A stretch of DNA of 64,000 bases, from positions 121,520,001 to 121,584,000 of the forward strand of contig NC_043000.1 of the NCBI RefSeq assembly GCF_006345805.1, given 5' to 3'. Of this stretch, positions 39,901 to 52,308 are shown in pieces (the first letter of the stretch is position 1; every line of letters starts with the position of its first letter). Under the pieces are notes generated by a model that did not search any database, was not told the origin of the DNA, and saw nothing but the letters and a program-made list of their open reading frames with translations. A program made the position numbers and the translations under genes. The DNA is from Octopus sinensis. Its lineage: Eukaryota.

Positions 39901-40969
39901 GGATCTGAACATTAATATCATATAGTAGGAGAGGTTTCTGGTAATCGACTGTACATTTTCCCACGAAATATTTTGTTTTGTGCATACATAGATACAATTT
40001 CCACATACATAATATCTTTCTATATGATTATGGAAGATTTTATTATCAATATTATCATTTTTCTAATTATTAACGTTATTCTATTCATTACCAAAGATTT
40101 GGAATTTATTTTCGTAACCACAGATATGACGTTCGCGCTATTGACGATGACGACAATACACTTGCTATTAGGAATAATAACAATGAGAATTCGGAGGATA
40201 CTGATAATAACAATGCTGCTGTAGAATGATGTTGTCGTTTGTTTATGTCGATCATGGGAAATTTGCTTATTATTACGACAACCTGTGCTGTCACTATTGT
40301 TGAGAAATAGCAGCACGGGAAGGAGGCGTAGGGATTTATGAATGAAGCATACGACAATATACAAGTAGTTCCTTTGAATGAAACATATAACTGCCTCTAA
40401 TTATTTTTATATAAAAATCCGCCAAACCTATCTACATGTACAAAATACAAACACATACAGTACTACGTATAGAAGAAATTACACGCAAAACAGTTAAATG
40501 TACAGTAGAATATATGGAAAGAGTTATTTACGCCTATGCGCATAACAAAAATTGCGTAGTTGTTAGTATGTAAGATATATAGACAAATGCTGTGTTTATA
40601 AATATATGTTTGAGGTATATATTCATACCTAGTCATCATGCACATATTTCGCTGAATGTGATATTGACTTATGCTCATAAAAGTTTGATCAAACTTAGAC
40701 AGGCTTATAAACACACAATAAATGGAGTACACGCCTGTGTATTGCCTCGATACACATTGAGAAATATCTACAAGAATACGTTGATAAACTCACACATACA
40801 GAAGCATACACTGATATCTATATACTACATTATATATCTATCTCTATATGTATATATATATATATATCTGTAAATGTAATATATGACAATTATTACATTT
40901 ACAGATAATTTCCTCTATTTACATAATATCGAGGTCCCTTTCTTTCCTTTGTTATCTTACCGTTTTTAT

Positions 40970-41075
<106 letters not shown>

Positions 41076-41076
41076 T

Positions 41077-41388
41077 GTGAAGGCGCGTGGACTAGTAGTT
41101 AGTGCCATTCGGTTCATGATCGTAAGGTCGTGAGTTCAATTCCCGGCGGCGCGTTGTGTCCTTGAGCAATACAGTTTATTTCACGTTGTTCCAGCTGGCA
41201 AAGATGAGTAGTACTTGTATTTCAAAGGGCCACCCTTGTCACACTCTGTGTAACGCTTAATCTCCCCGATAACTACGTTAGGTGTCACGTGGCTGTGGAG
41301 TGCTCAGCCACTTGCTCGTTAATTTCACAAGTAAGCTGTTCCGTTGATCGTATCAGCTGGGACCCTCGTCGTCGCAACCGACGGAATG

Positions 41389-41390
<2 letters not shown>
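41077..41390 (+). mobile_element. SINE family C (tail type 2)
   Basis: tRNA-like head GTGAAGGCGCGTGG..GAGTTCAATTCC; body shared with 29480-29600. Confidence 0.8.
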
Positions 41391-41462
<72 letters not shown>

Positions 41463-42136
41463 TATATATACATATATATATATGCATATATATATCAACA
41501 TACATATATATATTTGTATGTATATATATATATATATATTATATACATGCATGTATATACATCCATATACATACATACACACATACATATATCCATATAT
41601 CTATATATCTACATCTGTATCTATCTATCTATCTATCTATGTGAGACAAATAGACAGATAGGTAGATTAATAGATATATAATACGATGTACATACATGTA
41701 TGCATGCACTGTATTATAATGGAAATATACAAAAGCATAGCGATGGAAACACGCAGTCACATACTACCAAAGAACAAATGAGATATGTCTGTGCGACACA
41801 CATATAGTCTCTATTTTCTATGCGACCATTTATTATGAATATTGTCTCACAATGACGTCATTGCCAGGTTACTATAGATACCCCGTGTTTTCTTTTGGAT
41901 GAAGACGCCTTCCTCTCTTAATGCACAAGTGCCATTAATCACACTTAATCAGTATATTACAATGACGCTCATAAACTCAGAGATGTAGAAATATAAATTT
42001 GCACACAGAGTGTTGTTCTATTTGTAACTGAACTATAATCCTCGAATGCGAGCGTACGTGACTGGGTACTCTACTTACATGTGTGCCATTAATCTAATAC
42101 TTGAGAGGAATCAACGTGAGGGAACTATGCGATATG

Positions 42137-42310
42137 AATTACGGAGATGTACTTGCATAGCAAGTGACTTGATCTGAGGTCTTGTGCTGGAACGAAAACA
42201 ATGCAGCACGAAGTTTTGTCAGTTAACAGGTCGCTGTCTCAAAGCGACGAAAATATTTTGACAAATTAAATTTAAATGTTGAGGTGAATCTAACGGTTTT
42301 GTGTGTTTCT
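42137..42310. mobile_element. Two-module repeat copy 2 (X + inverted Y)
   Basis: X matches 26033-26103 in the same orientation; Y matches 26120-26235 in reverse complement. Confidence 0.75.
42215..42265 (+). ncRNA. Minimal hammerhead-like fold with non-canonical core (GUUAACA)
   Basis: TTTGTCA GTTAACA G GTCGC tgtctcaaa GCGAC GAAA ATAT TT TGACAAA. Confidence 0.55.
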
Positions 42311-42344
42311 TAAAGAATCGTAAAGGCTGTGAGACGTCACATCA

Positions 42345-42386
42345 TCATTACTATTATTATTATTATTTTTATTATTATTATTATTA

Positions 42387-42426
<40 letters not shown>

Positions 42427-42455
42427 GATTATTATTATTATTATTATTATTATTA

Positions 42456-42530
<75 letters not shown>
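42345..42530. repeat. (ATT)n microsatellite
   Basis: Direct reading. Confidence 0.95.
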
Positions 42531-42534
<4 letters not shown>

Positions 42535-42595
42535 ATCTGAATATTAATATCACATAGTAGTAGAGGGCCAGGTAATTGACTGCAAATTTTCCCAA

Positions 42596-43248
42596 GAAAT
42601 TTGTGTCCATCATTATGATGCAAAATCCAAAACACGGCGTATGGGTTGGAAACATCTTGGCTCGCCCGCGACAAAGGTATTCAAGACCCAGTCTTCCACG
42701 GGAAAGGTGACGCTAAGCCTTCTTTGGGACTCAAAAAGAGCTATACTGGAAGACTGCATGGAAAAGGGTGTACGATCAAAAGTGCAAGATACAGTGCTTT
42801 GCTGGTCAACAAATTGTAGCCTGCAATTAGTACCAAACACCGAGGCCTATTGTCGAAGAATGTTTTGTTGTTGCATAGCAACGCCCGCCCACACGCGACC
42901 ACCCAGACTGTTTGAAACCGTTAACAAATTTGGTCTGGGGGTGTTGGAGTACCCTGCCTACAGCCCAAGTTTCACCACTTCTGACTATCATATACTTAGA
43001 CCACTCAAAAGCGGTTTACGAGGTCGTCAATTTCCTACAGATGAAGATGTGAAGGAAGCGATCCATACATAGTTGCACGACCAACCGAAGAACTACTTCG
43101 AAGGAACACGCAAACTTGTGGACCGCTGGACCAAGTGCAAGGAGTATGAAGGAGACTATTCAGAACAATAACGTACTTGTTTATCCACTGATTTTTGTAT
43201 ATGCATTGAAAAATCAAGTATGCGAAAAAATTTTTGACTCACCGTCGT
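42596..43248 (+). mobile_element. Mariner (DD34D-type) transposase 3' half with right TIR, decayed
   Basis: VHHYDAKSK..MGWKHLGSP..FKTQSSTGKV..LLWDS; HPAYSP-like YPAYSPSFTTSDYH..PLKSGLRGRQFPTDEDVKEA; ends TTTTTGACTCACCGTCGT. Confidence 0.9.
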
Positions 43249-43249
43249 T

Positions 43250-43284
<35 letters not shown>

Positions 43285-43589
43285 CATATTATATTACACT
43301 TACATATAAATTCCTCTATTTACATAATATCGAGATCTCTTTCATTATTTTGTTGTCCTGCCATTTCTATCAGTATATATACATATATATATATATGTGT
43401 GTGTGTGTGTGTATATATATATATACATTTATATAGATATATAGATAGATATGTATTCTTCCCTGGATATATGTGTGTGTGTGTGTGTGTGTATGTAGGT
43501 ACTATATGTACATTGTTTTCGGGCTAAATGGGATGATCTTCATGCTCCATTCTTTCAGGAAGAGCTTGATATATAGGGATCATGAATAT

Positions 43590-44232
43590 TAACGGTAAGA
43601 CTTGGACGCTATACACACGCCAAGAGCGTGGCCTAAACATCTTTCACCTGCGCTGCCTCTGGAAAATCCTCCGCATCAAATGGCAGAACCATATCCCCAA
43701 CAAAGATGTCCTCAGGCAAGCAGGAATACCAAGCATCTTTGCACTCCTCACACAAAGACGTATGAGATGGCTTGGGCATGTTAGCCGTATCAAAGATGGC
43801 AGTATCCCCAAGGACATGCTCTACGGAGAGCTTGCTAGGGGTACTAGGTCTGTGGATAGACCGCTCTTACGTTACAAGGATGTTTGCAAAAGGGACATGA
43901 AGGCCTGCAACATCAATATTAGCGGCTGGGAGGCAGTTGCCGGCAACCGTGGAGACTGGCGACGTACCGTAAGAGAAGGAATACAAAGGAGTGACAGAGA
44001 GAGAGAGAGCAGAAATGGAAAGACAGGAAAAGACGTCAACAAGAAACTATGGCATTACAACCAGCCAGGAACAGTCTTCGCTACATTTGCGGTACCTGCC
44101 AGAGGGAGTGTTTGTCCAGGATAGGACTACACAGCCACAGCAGGAAATGTATCAGGACATGAAATGTAAAAGCCGGACTAGACTACTTTATGCGCAACTC
44201 CATTGTCTCCCGAGACAAAAAGGATGCCAACA
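43590..44232 (+). mobile_element. 5'-truncated RTE LINE (RT C-terminus, C2H2-like tail, 3' end)
   Basis: TWTLYTRQER.LNIFHLRCL..IL.IKWQ.HIPNKDVL..AGIPSI...RRMRWLGHVSRIKDGSIPKDMLYGEL; tail CCATTGTCTCCCGAGACAAAAGGATGCCAACAA. Confidence 0.9.
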
Positions 44233-44559
44233 AATTTCAGAAAATGTTAGAGGCGATGAAGAATAAGAAGCAATCTGAATATTTAAAAGAGTTACCTGTA
44301 TTTTGCCGACATCATTACAGCAGTCGAATGCACTGTGTGAATCCTAGTGGTTGTAAGACGTGACATCATGGACACCAAGTTCCTCCAAAATATGATGCTA
44401 TTGAACAAGACCTAAAGCTTCATTGAGACGACTACGTAAGGCTATGGAGACTAGTCAAACTCTAGAAAGATATGATTGCTACTGAAAGGCCATATACATG
44501 GCAGCAGGATTTGACTGCTTGCTATACCTCCGGAAAGAGTTTAAAAATGTCATTGTGAA

Positions 44560-44940
44560 ATTTTTACGACTTCAACAACCCCAGTTTCTGGATTCCTAAT
44601 TTTCCCGATGTGAATTCTATGTATACTAAGTACGGGGCGCGGTTCATAGGGACACCAATCGCTCTGCCTATAACACGAAGGCCGAGTTGGTGGCAAAGCT
44701 GAAAGAGGTGTTCGAAGATCTTTCACGGACAGAGAGAGTAACGCATACATCATGTTCTGGAGATGCCTGGAGTCTGTGATGAAATCTGAGGGTGGCTAAT
44801 TTCAGTAAATCGTCATCTGCCGGCCATAATCTTGATCATAGTTTATTTTCATTTTTGAAAGTATATTTATTTTCGTATGAGGTATTGCCTTTTTATTGCC
44901 TTTTATGGAAGCTCTCAAATTTAATCCGAGCACACTTAGT
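44560..44940 (+). mobile_element. Tc1/mariner-superfamily (probably DD37D/maT-like) transposase C-terminal remnant
   Basis: FWIPNFPDVNSM (cf. WPPNSPDLNP.D), then frameshifted RDTNRSAYNTKAELVAKLKEVFEDL...LESVMKSEGG. Confidence 0.6.
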
Positions 44941-45549
44941 TCATGTGTTTAAAAATATGTGTGTGTGCATATGTGTATGTGCCTATGTCTATATTTGTAT
45001 TATTTGAATGTATGTATGACGGTTTCATTCGTGGGGTGCATAGGTCAGATGGAATGTATTTACTCTATTTTGTCTACCAACTGTAGATGATTTCTGTGTA
45101 CATCAATTTTCGTTGACATTCTGCATTTAATAAACATTAACAGCAATGTTCCTCACTCACATTTATCGTCCTTATTAATAACATCCTCAGGAAGGAAGAT
45201 TAGTAGAATTCTTAGATTGCTGTACAAAATGACATGTGCAATTTCGTTACGGCCATTTACGTTCTGTTTCCAAATCCCACTATAGTCAGAGCTTTTACTG
45301 TTTATCCATCCAGGCCCGATAAACTAAGGTACAGGACTTAAATAAAATATCTGAAACAGAAAGGTATCTACTTGGAAACAATAAAATAAAAACAGAAATC
45401 TTGGAATTACTTCTTTCTGGCAAAGGATTGCATACTCTCGCCCAGTTGTGTTTCATGACAACAGATACATGCTAAAAGTCCTCCCTTTCACTAAGACAAT
45501 CTTGGGTCTGCAAGGGCAGCACTGGGGATCCTTGAACTCAATTCAATTT

Positions 45550-45600
45550 TCGTGTATACATATGTGTATATATATGTATGTGTATATATATGTATGTATG

Positions 45601-45664
<64 letters not shown>

Positions 45665-45682
45665 ATATGTATATATATACAC

Positions 45683-45718
<36 letters not shown>

Positions 45719-45719
45719 G

Positions 45720-45751
<32 letters not shown>

Positions 45752-45820
45752 ATATATATATATATATATGTATACATAAATACATATAAAGATATATATA
45801 TATATATATATATATATAAT
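45550..45820. repeat. Compound (TA)n microsatellite
   Basis: Direct reading. Confidence 0.95.
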
Positions 45821-46537
45821 CATAAGGATAAGCATTTTAATAGGGTACAGTGGGAGAACTGATTTAAATAAAAGGGTTAGCAACCACTGTTGGAAGCCAC
45901 TGTACTAAGTAAGCATTCACCGAGCATTCAATGAATGAAGGACACGGATGTAAATGCTTGAGTTTGCCGCGCTACAACCCCTGGTGTTTCTGACTTTGTA
46001 AGTCAATGAACTGGCACGTTGAATTGAACATGGTGTAAAATGACTGATTAACTCCATTGAATTATTTTTAATTGATACATTCTAGGAATTGATTAATATT
46101 CCATCTTATGGATCAAATATTAAATGTTGCATTTAGACATACGATGTAATGTGAACAATTTCTATTGATTGTGTTGTATAATGATATTAAGCCTATCGTC
46201 ATGTATTTCACCGTCTTTAAACATTGAAGTAGATGCATTGCAAATTATTTGTCGAAACTCGTAAATATCACCCTCCAAAGCATCTGACTCCAAACACATT
46301 CATACCACGATGAAGACCACGAAGAGAACATGCTCTCTCCTTTTGTAGGGAGGTGTATAAGAATAAGCTAAATATCATATATTTGCTGTAAAATTTAATG
46401 CTTAGATCCACTCAAGCGGTCGAAGCTATTTCGATTGCTTCCTCACTTATTTTCAGCAACATATTACTAGATTACTCAATGAGTGTGTTCAACTGAAGAG
46501 ATATTCTGCTGCTCTTTCTAATAGGTAGGCGCCCTCA

Positions 46538-46810
46538 TACCGTAAATCCTCGAGTATAACCCGAATTTTTTCCCAAACTTTGAAGGTCACAATCCCTAGT
46601 GCGTTCTATATACGAGGTTAAAAATGAAAAATATTTTCTATGCAATGCGCGAGTCTCTATTTGCTGTCCAGCAATGTTTATTCCGATGCATTCTTAAGCC
46701 TACGTCTATGCTTAATCACTTTTATCGTTATAGATTTTTATAGTCATATAATGTATGCATATATTAACTTGACATATATACATATATATATATATATACC
46801 TAAATATATG

Positions 46811-46841
<31 letters not shown>

Positions 46842-46864
46842 GTATATATACCTAAATATATGTA

Positions 46865-46897
<33 letters not shown>

Positions 46898-46914
46898 GTA
46901 TATATGTATATATG

Positions 46915-46956
<42 letters not shown>

Positions 46957-46958
46957 TA

Positions 46959-47008
<50 letters not shown>

Positions 47009-47660
47009 AAATAGCGACATTAAATATATTGTGTTTTATGCTCCTAAATATTCTAAATTTTCATTTGTCACTATTTCTGTATCGTTTATATATATTTTTT
47101 AGCAAATTAAAGAATTTTACGTACAGATATCCCTATGCAAAATATGTGTACCACGAGGAGAAAATCTAACGCATATACCCCCCCCACACACACACACCTG
47201 TATACATCTAGCTTTGAAAATGTAGACTGTGTATCATTGATTTTCTATATGTTTACACAAAAGTATATCCATGAATATGAATATATCTATATATCTATAT
47301 ATATATATATGTGTGTTTGTGTGTGGGTGTACGCGCATATATGTATGCATAAGAAAATACCTTAAGCTAAGCCTGAAAGCAATGAATAAAAGTATTCAGA
47401 ACACAGAATAACAGGTAACAAACACAATTTGCAAACATTTACATCCCATATAACAGTTAAGAACATCACAATTATTGTATTACGCATGCGCGGAAGTGTT
47501 TGTTCGACTAGGTGCTGCTGGCCTAATTACGCACGACTCAAATTAGAGAAGGGATGCGTATTATACACGAGGTTTAGGCTTTCCAGAAGCACAGACTCTT
47601 AAAATTCCCCTGCGTATTATACTCAAGGTCGGACTATACTTGCTTGGTTTTTGCAGTTAT
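46538..47660. mobile_element. Non-autonomous Tc2/pogo-like DNA transposon interrupted by microsatellites
   Basis: Left end TA-CCGTAAATCCTCGAGTATAA; subterminal repeats TGCGT(T/A)(C/T)TATA..CGAGG at ~46600, 47555 and 47611; right end degenerate (GGACTATACT...). Confidence 0.5.
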
Positions 47661-48171
47661 CAGTTTTTTATAATTAATGTGTAGGAAAGCTGACATAACG
47701 AGGGATTATGCGTAGTCATTTATACCGAGGTAAAGACAAACGGAAACGTATATGAATAACTAAAACAATCCCAACATCTATAAACCTTGTTTATGATAAT
47801 GAACGAGCTTCTTGCAATATTAATCTGGAATGCAATAAAGCAAGGTCAGTAGCATAATTTGAAGAGGTGTTATGGGTGAAACTAATTTAAATATATTTAA
47901 TGCAATATCATACAATGCAGACACTTAACATTCGATTTATAAGGATACAGAAAATTATTAAGTTTAGAAAATAGTTAAGGAAAATTACCCTCAAAATTGT
48001 GCAGTGGACATACTAATTCAATGTGGAACTTACCTGTTACTTTGTTGAGAGGCTTGTTAAAGAAGGGACAAACACTCACACTGACAAGCATTTGGTTGGT
48101 CCAAGGCTATAGCAGAAGACACGTGCCCCAGGTGCCACGCAGTCGGACTGAACCGAGAACCGTGTGGTTTC

Positions 48172-48226
<55 letters not shown>

Positions 48227-48231
48227 GTTCT

Positions 48232-48300
<69 letters not shown>

Positions 48301-48400
48301 TACCGGAGTAAACACATAAATGTGAAACAAGGTGGAAAAAAGAGTACTCAAATACAAGTGGTAGAGTAATATGCTTTATTTTAAGCAGCACAAAATTCAA

Positions 48401-48450
48401 CAAAATCTGTTACTCTGAGTTTCTCGTTGCCGTTTATCAGACAGTTTTTG
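48401..48450 (-). ncRNA. Minimal hammerhead ribozyme copy with G8A core mutation
   Basis: Minus strand: CAAAAACTGT CTGATAA ACG GCAA CGA GAAA CTC A GAG TA ACAGATTTTG. Confidence 0.65.
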
Positions 48451-49186
48451 GTAGAATGGAACCGATATATCAATTCAATCTAGACTCTTACAAACGCAAC
48501 ACCTTTAAAAAGAAATGGACTTGTTTGATTGGCCCTTTAGAAAAAAACGGTCAATCTTCGAGCGATAAACAAAAAGGTCAAAAATATATGTATATATATA
48601 AAAAAACATATAAAAATTATAAAATCCGAGCAAAAAACCTTACATTGGATAAAATACATATTGACGTTAATGAAGAAAGTATAAATTAATGCAATTAAAC
48701 CTGTTATAAATATTACACTGCAATACATATTTATATTAAGATGTAGATATATATATCAACATACACAAAAGGATGCGCGCAAACGCCATACATATACAGA
48801 CGTATGAATATAAATATAAATATACACATAAATGCATGTGTACATATATTCACGCAAACCATCTCGCACGCAAGTTAAAAATCATCTATGTAGCGATTCT
48901 CATATACTGAGTAAGGGGGGGACAAAAGAAAGGAAGAGAGAGAAAAAGGAACGAAGGAGGGGTGGGGAAAAAACGAAATAAGAAAAAATTATGTATACAA
49001 GCTGTGTAACGGCATTATTGGCATATATGGAGACAAGTATACAAACACAAGTTTGAATGGATACATATACATACAGTCGTGTATATGTGTGCTTAAGCAC
49101 AAACATACTCTCACTTACACATACACAGATACGCATGCTTACAAATACATATCCTTAGCTATACACATACTTATATCAACATTCTA

Positions 49187-49945
49187 AACGGCCATGAATC
49201 AGATAGACTTAGGAAGGACCTCATAGCTTTCTTTCAAAGGATGGGCTTACGGGTTACGATAGATGCTAACCTGAATAGAGTAGATTTTTTAGACGTAAAA
49301 TTTCAATTTGGCCGTAAAGACTAATATAGGTAAGGAATTTTTGAGATTAGTATCTAAGTATTTTAAGCAGGGTCATAAATTCTATAGGATATTTAATAGA
49401 AGAACCCTGAAGGTTAGCTATTCTTGTTGCAGAAATTTCGCCTCTTACATTAGCCAACATAATAGGAAGCTAATTGAGATTAGACATGGTGCCGAGCCCA
49501 TTAAGAAATGCAATTTCAAAAACGAACGCTCCTGTCCGTTAGAAGGGAAATGTCTAGTGAAAGGAGTAGTTTACAGAGCCAAGGTGCAAGTGGAAGGCTC
49601 ATCGGAATACAAGACATACACAGGGGCTTCAGAAAATTCATTTAAAACAAGATTTTATTCTCATAAAAATTCATTTAAATACACAGAGAATAGGAAGAGG
49701 ACCAGCCTAGCAAAATATGTCTGGGAACTAAAAGAAAAGGAAGCCCCACCTTTCAACGTGACATGGAACATTCTAGACAGGGCGGCACCATACAGGCATG
49801 GAGCATACAAAAATAATTTCAAGTGCAAACTTTGTCTATTAGAGAAAATGTACATCTTATTCAAAGACAATAATTCTTTGAATCAAAGAAGTGAGCTAAT
49901 GAACTAATGTAGGCACGCGGCTAAATTCAAAATGTCGAATATAAA
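49187..49945 (+). pseudogene. PLE RT thumb fragment joined out of frame to linker + GIY-YIG endonuclease
   Basis: GLRVTIDANLNRVDFLDVK (RT); then VKTNIGKEFL..IFNRRTLKVSYSC, CPLEGKC, VVY...YTG..ENSFKTRFYSH, CKLCLLEK, LNQRSELMN*CRH with a premature TAA at 49905-07. Confidence 0.9.
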
Positions 49946-51044
49946 TATACCATATGGATAGAGTATATATTTTGTATTTTTGATTTTTGAAATTTTGATT
50001 TTGACTCTTGAACGATGAGCGCTACGATGGATTTTGTTTCCAAGCTATGCGGATCTTAATCCGTATAGCAAAGTCTTATGTTTCTACATATACATTAGGA
50101 AAAACCTTCGACTTTGTTTTCATGTTATTGTATTGTATAGGATTACCTTGATTATTTATATTACCTTGATTATTTATAAATGATCCAAAATAGGGTGTTA
50201 TATTTTATTTTATATGTCATTCGTATATATTTTTATTAATGCACCCATTTTTTTAAAAAAAAAGCAATGTTTTTTTAAAAAAAGCAATGTTGTCAAAATT
50301 AGAATGTTGATATAAGTATGTGTATAGCCAAGGATATGTATTTGTAAGCATGCGTATCTGTGTATGTGTAAGTGAGAGTATGTTTGTGCTTAAGCACACA
50401 TATACACGACTGTATGTATATGTATCCATTCGAACTTGTGTTTGTATACTTGTCTCCATATATGCCAATAATGTCGTTACACAGCTTGTATACATAATAT
50501 TTTCTTATTTCGTTTTTTTCCCCACCCCTCCTTCGTTCCTTTTTCTCTCTCTTCCTTTCTTTCGTCCCCCCCCCTTACTCAGTATATGAGAATCGCTACA
50601 TAGATGATTTTTAACTTGCGTGCGAGATGGTTTGCGTGAATATATGTACACATGCATTTATGTGTATATTTATATTTATATTCATACGTCTGTATATGTA
50701 TTGCGTTTGCGCGCATCCTTTTGTGTATGTTGATATATATATCTACATCTTAATATAAATATGTATTGCAGTGTAATATTTATACAGGTTTAATTGCATT
50801 AATTTATACTTTCTTCATTAACGTCAATATGTATTTTATCCAACGTAAGGTTTTTTCCTCGGATTTTATAATTTTTATAAGTTTTTATATATATATATAT
50901 ATATACATATATTTTTGACCTTTTTGTTTATCGGTCGAAGATGGACCGTTTTTTTCTAAAGGGCCAATCAAACAAGTCCATTTCTTTTTAAAGGTGTAGC
51001 GTTTGTAAGAGTATAGATTGAATTGATATATCGGTTCCATTCTA

Positions 51045-51096
51045 GCAAAAACTGTCTGATGAACGGCAACGAGAAACTCAGAGTAACAGATTTTGT
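51045..51096 (+). ncRNA. Minimal type I hammerhead ribozyme in the sense PLE pseudo-LTR
   Basis: Stem I CTGT/ACAG (extended AAAA/TTTT); CTGATGA 51056-62; stem II CG-GCAA-CG closed by an A.A mismatch; GAAA 51073-76; stem III ACTC-A-GAGT; GUA site (cut after 51085). Confidence 0.8.
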
Positions 51097-51121
51097 TGAA
51101 GTTTCTGCTGCTTAAAATAAA

Positions 51122-51157
<36 letters not shown>

Positions 51158-51210
51158 TCCCTGAACACATTAGGGACAGAGAGGTTACTTAAGTAGCGAA
51201 ATAGCATAAC

Positions 51211-51300
<90 letters not shown>

Positions 51301-52232
51301 GAGTGTGTGCTTCAGTTTCAAACCTACACCAATCTTTACGGAAGTTGAGATATATATCGTAGCAAATCGTGGGATATTAATACAGAGAGCGCGTTAAATT
51401 TCGACAACATAGAATAACTTAAACCGTTTTTCTTATTAATGAATCTAACGATTTAACAATGGACTGATGATACTTCGTTTATGGAAATTGATTGACTTCC
51501 TAATATTATTGTAAATATGTTGCTTAAATTTGTTTTTATTGCTAATCGGATCTTCTTAAGGGATTGTCGGTAACTTTCTCCTTACCATCATTAAGTGGTT
51601 AAAAACTGGAGTATCATAGGCCAAGTTAATTGACTTGATAAGTGATTAACTGCTTAGCAGGAATAGCATTCTTAGCAATGGATTTTCCAAATCTCATTTA
51701 ATATACTTTATGCCCTCCCTATTGTTTTATTGTCAAAGCTCATTTCCTTGAAACAGAATGATTCAGTAATTAATTATAGCTCAGAAATATCAACACCCTC
51801 TCTAATTATTTTACTTTAATTCAAAAGAAACGCTTCTTTTTCATTTTAGAGTTACTTTGTCATATCTACCCCCTTTTCTTCACGTTCGTAAATTTTCTCA
51901 CATTCATGAATTTTAATATACTTTTTTATTGTAAATGTTTATAAAACGATATAAATCATTTCAAGTATTTTTAACTGTCAAAAAAAGTATGGATGAACCA
52001 GAACTAAATTAGTATGTAACGAGATGGCACAATACAATGTTTAGAATACAAAATACATTACTGCAGCGCCCGCATAAACAGATATATAACGAATTGAAAT
52101 TTTTGGCAATTAGCTTATTTATCATCTACTGTTAAGTAATATTTTTTGTATCAAGATTACCTGACGTATATTTGTGTGTGTATATGTTTGTATGCGACAC
52201 ATAAATACATATACATATATATGTATATGTAC

Positions 52233-52298
<66 letters not shown>

Positions 52299-52308
52299 TT
52301 GTACTGTT

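Larger units (their letters stand above)
48302..51122 (+). mobile_element. Penelope-like element, internally deleted, with inverted pseudo-LTR arms, embedded in (TA)n
   Basis: Arms 48374-49187 and 50299-51122 are reverse complements; spacer holds the RT fragment and a GIY-YIG ORF. Confidence 0.9.

Noticed and set aside
47482-47497. CGCATGCGCGGAAGTG (NRF1 + ETS-like promoter motifs)
   Set aside because: Lies inside a putative DNA-transposon remnant; no adjacent first exon can be supported
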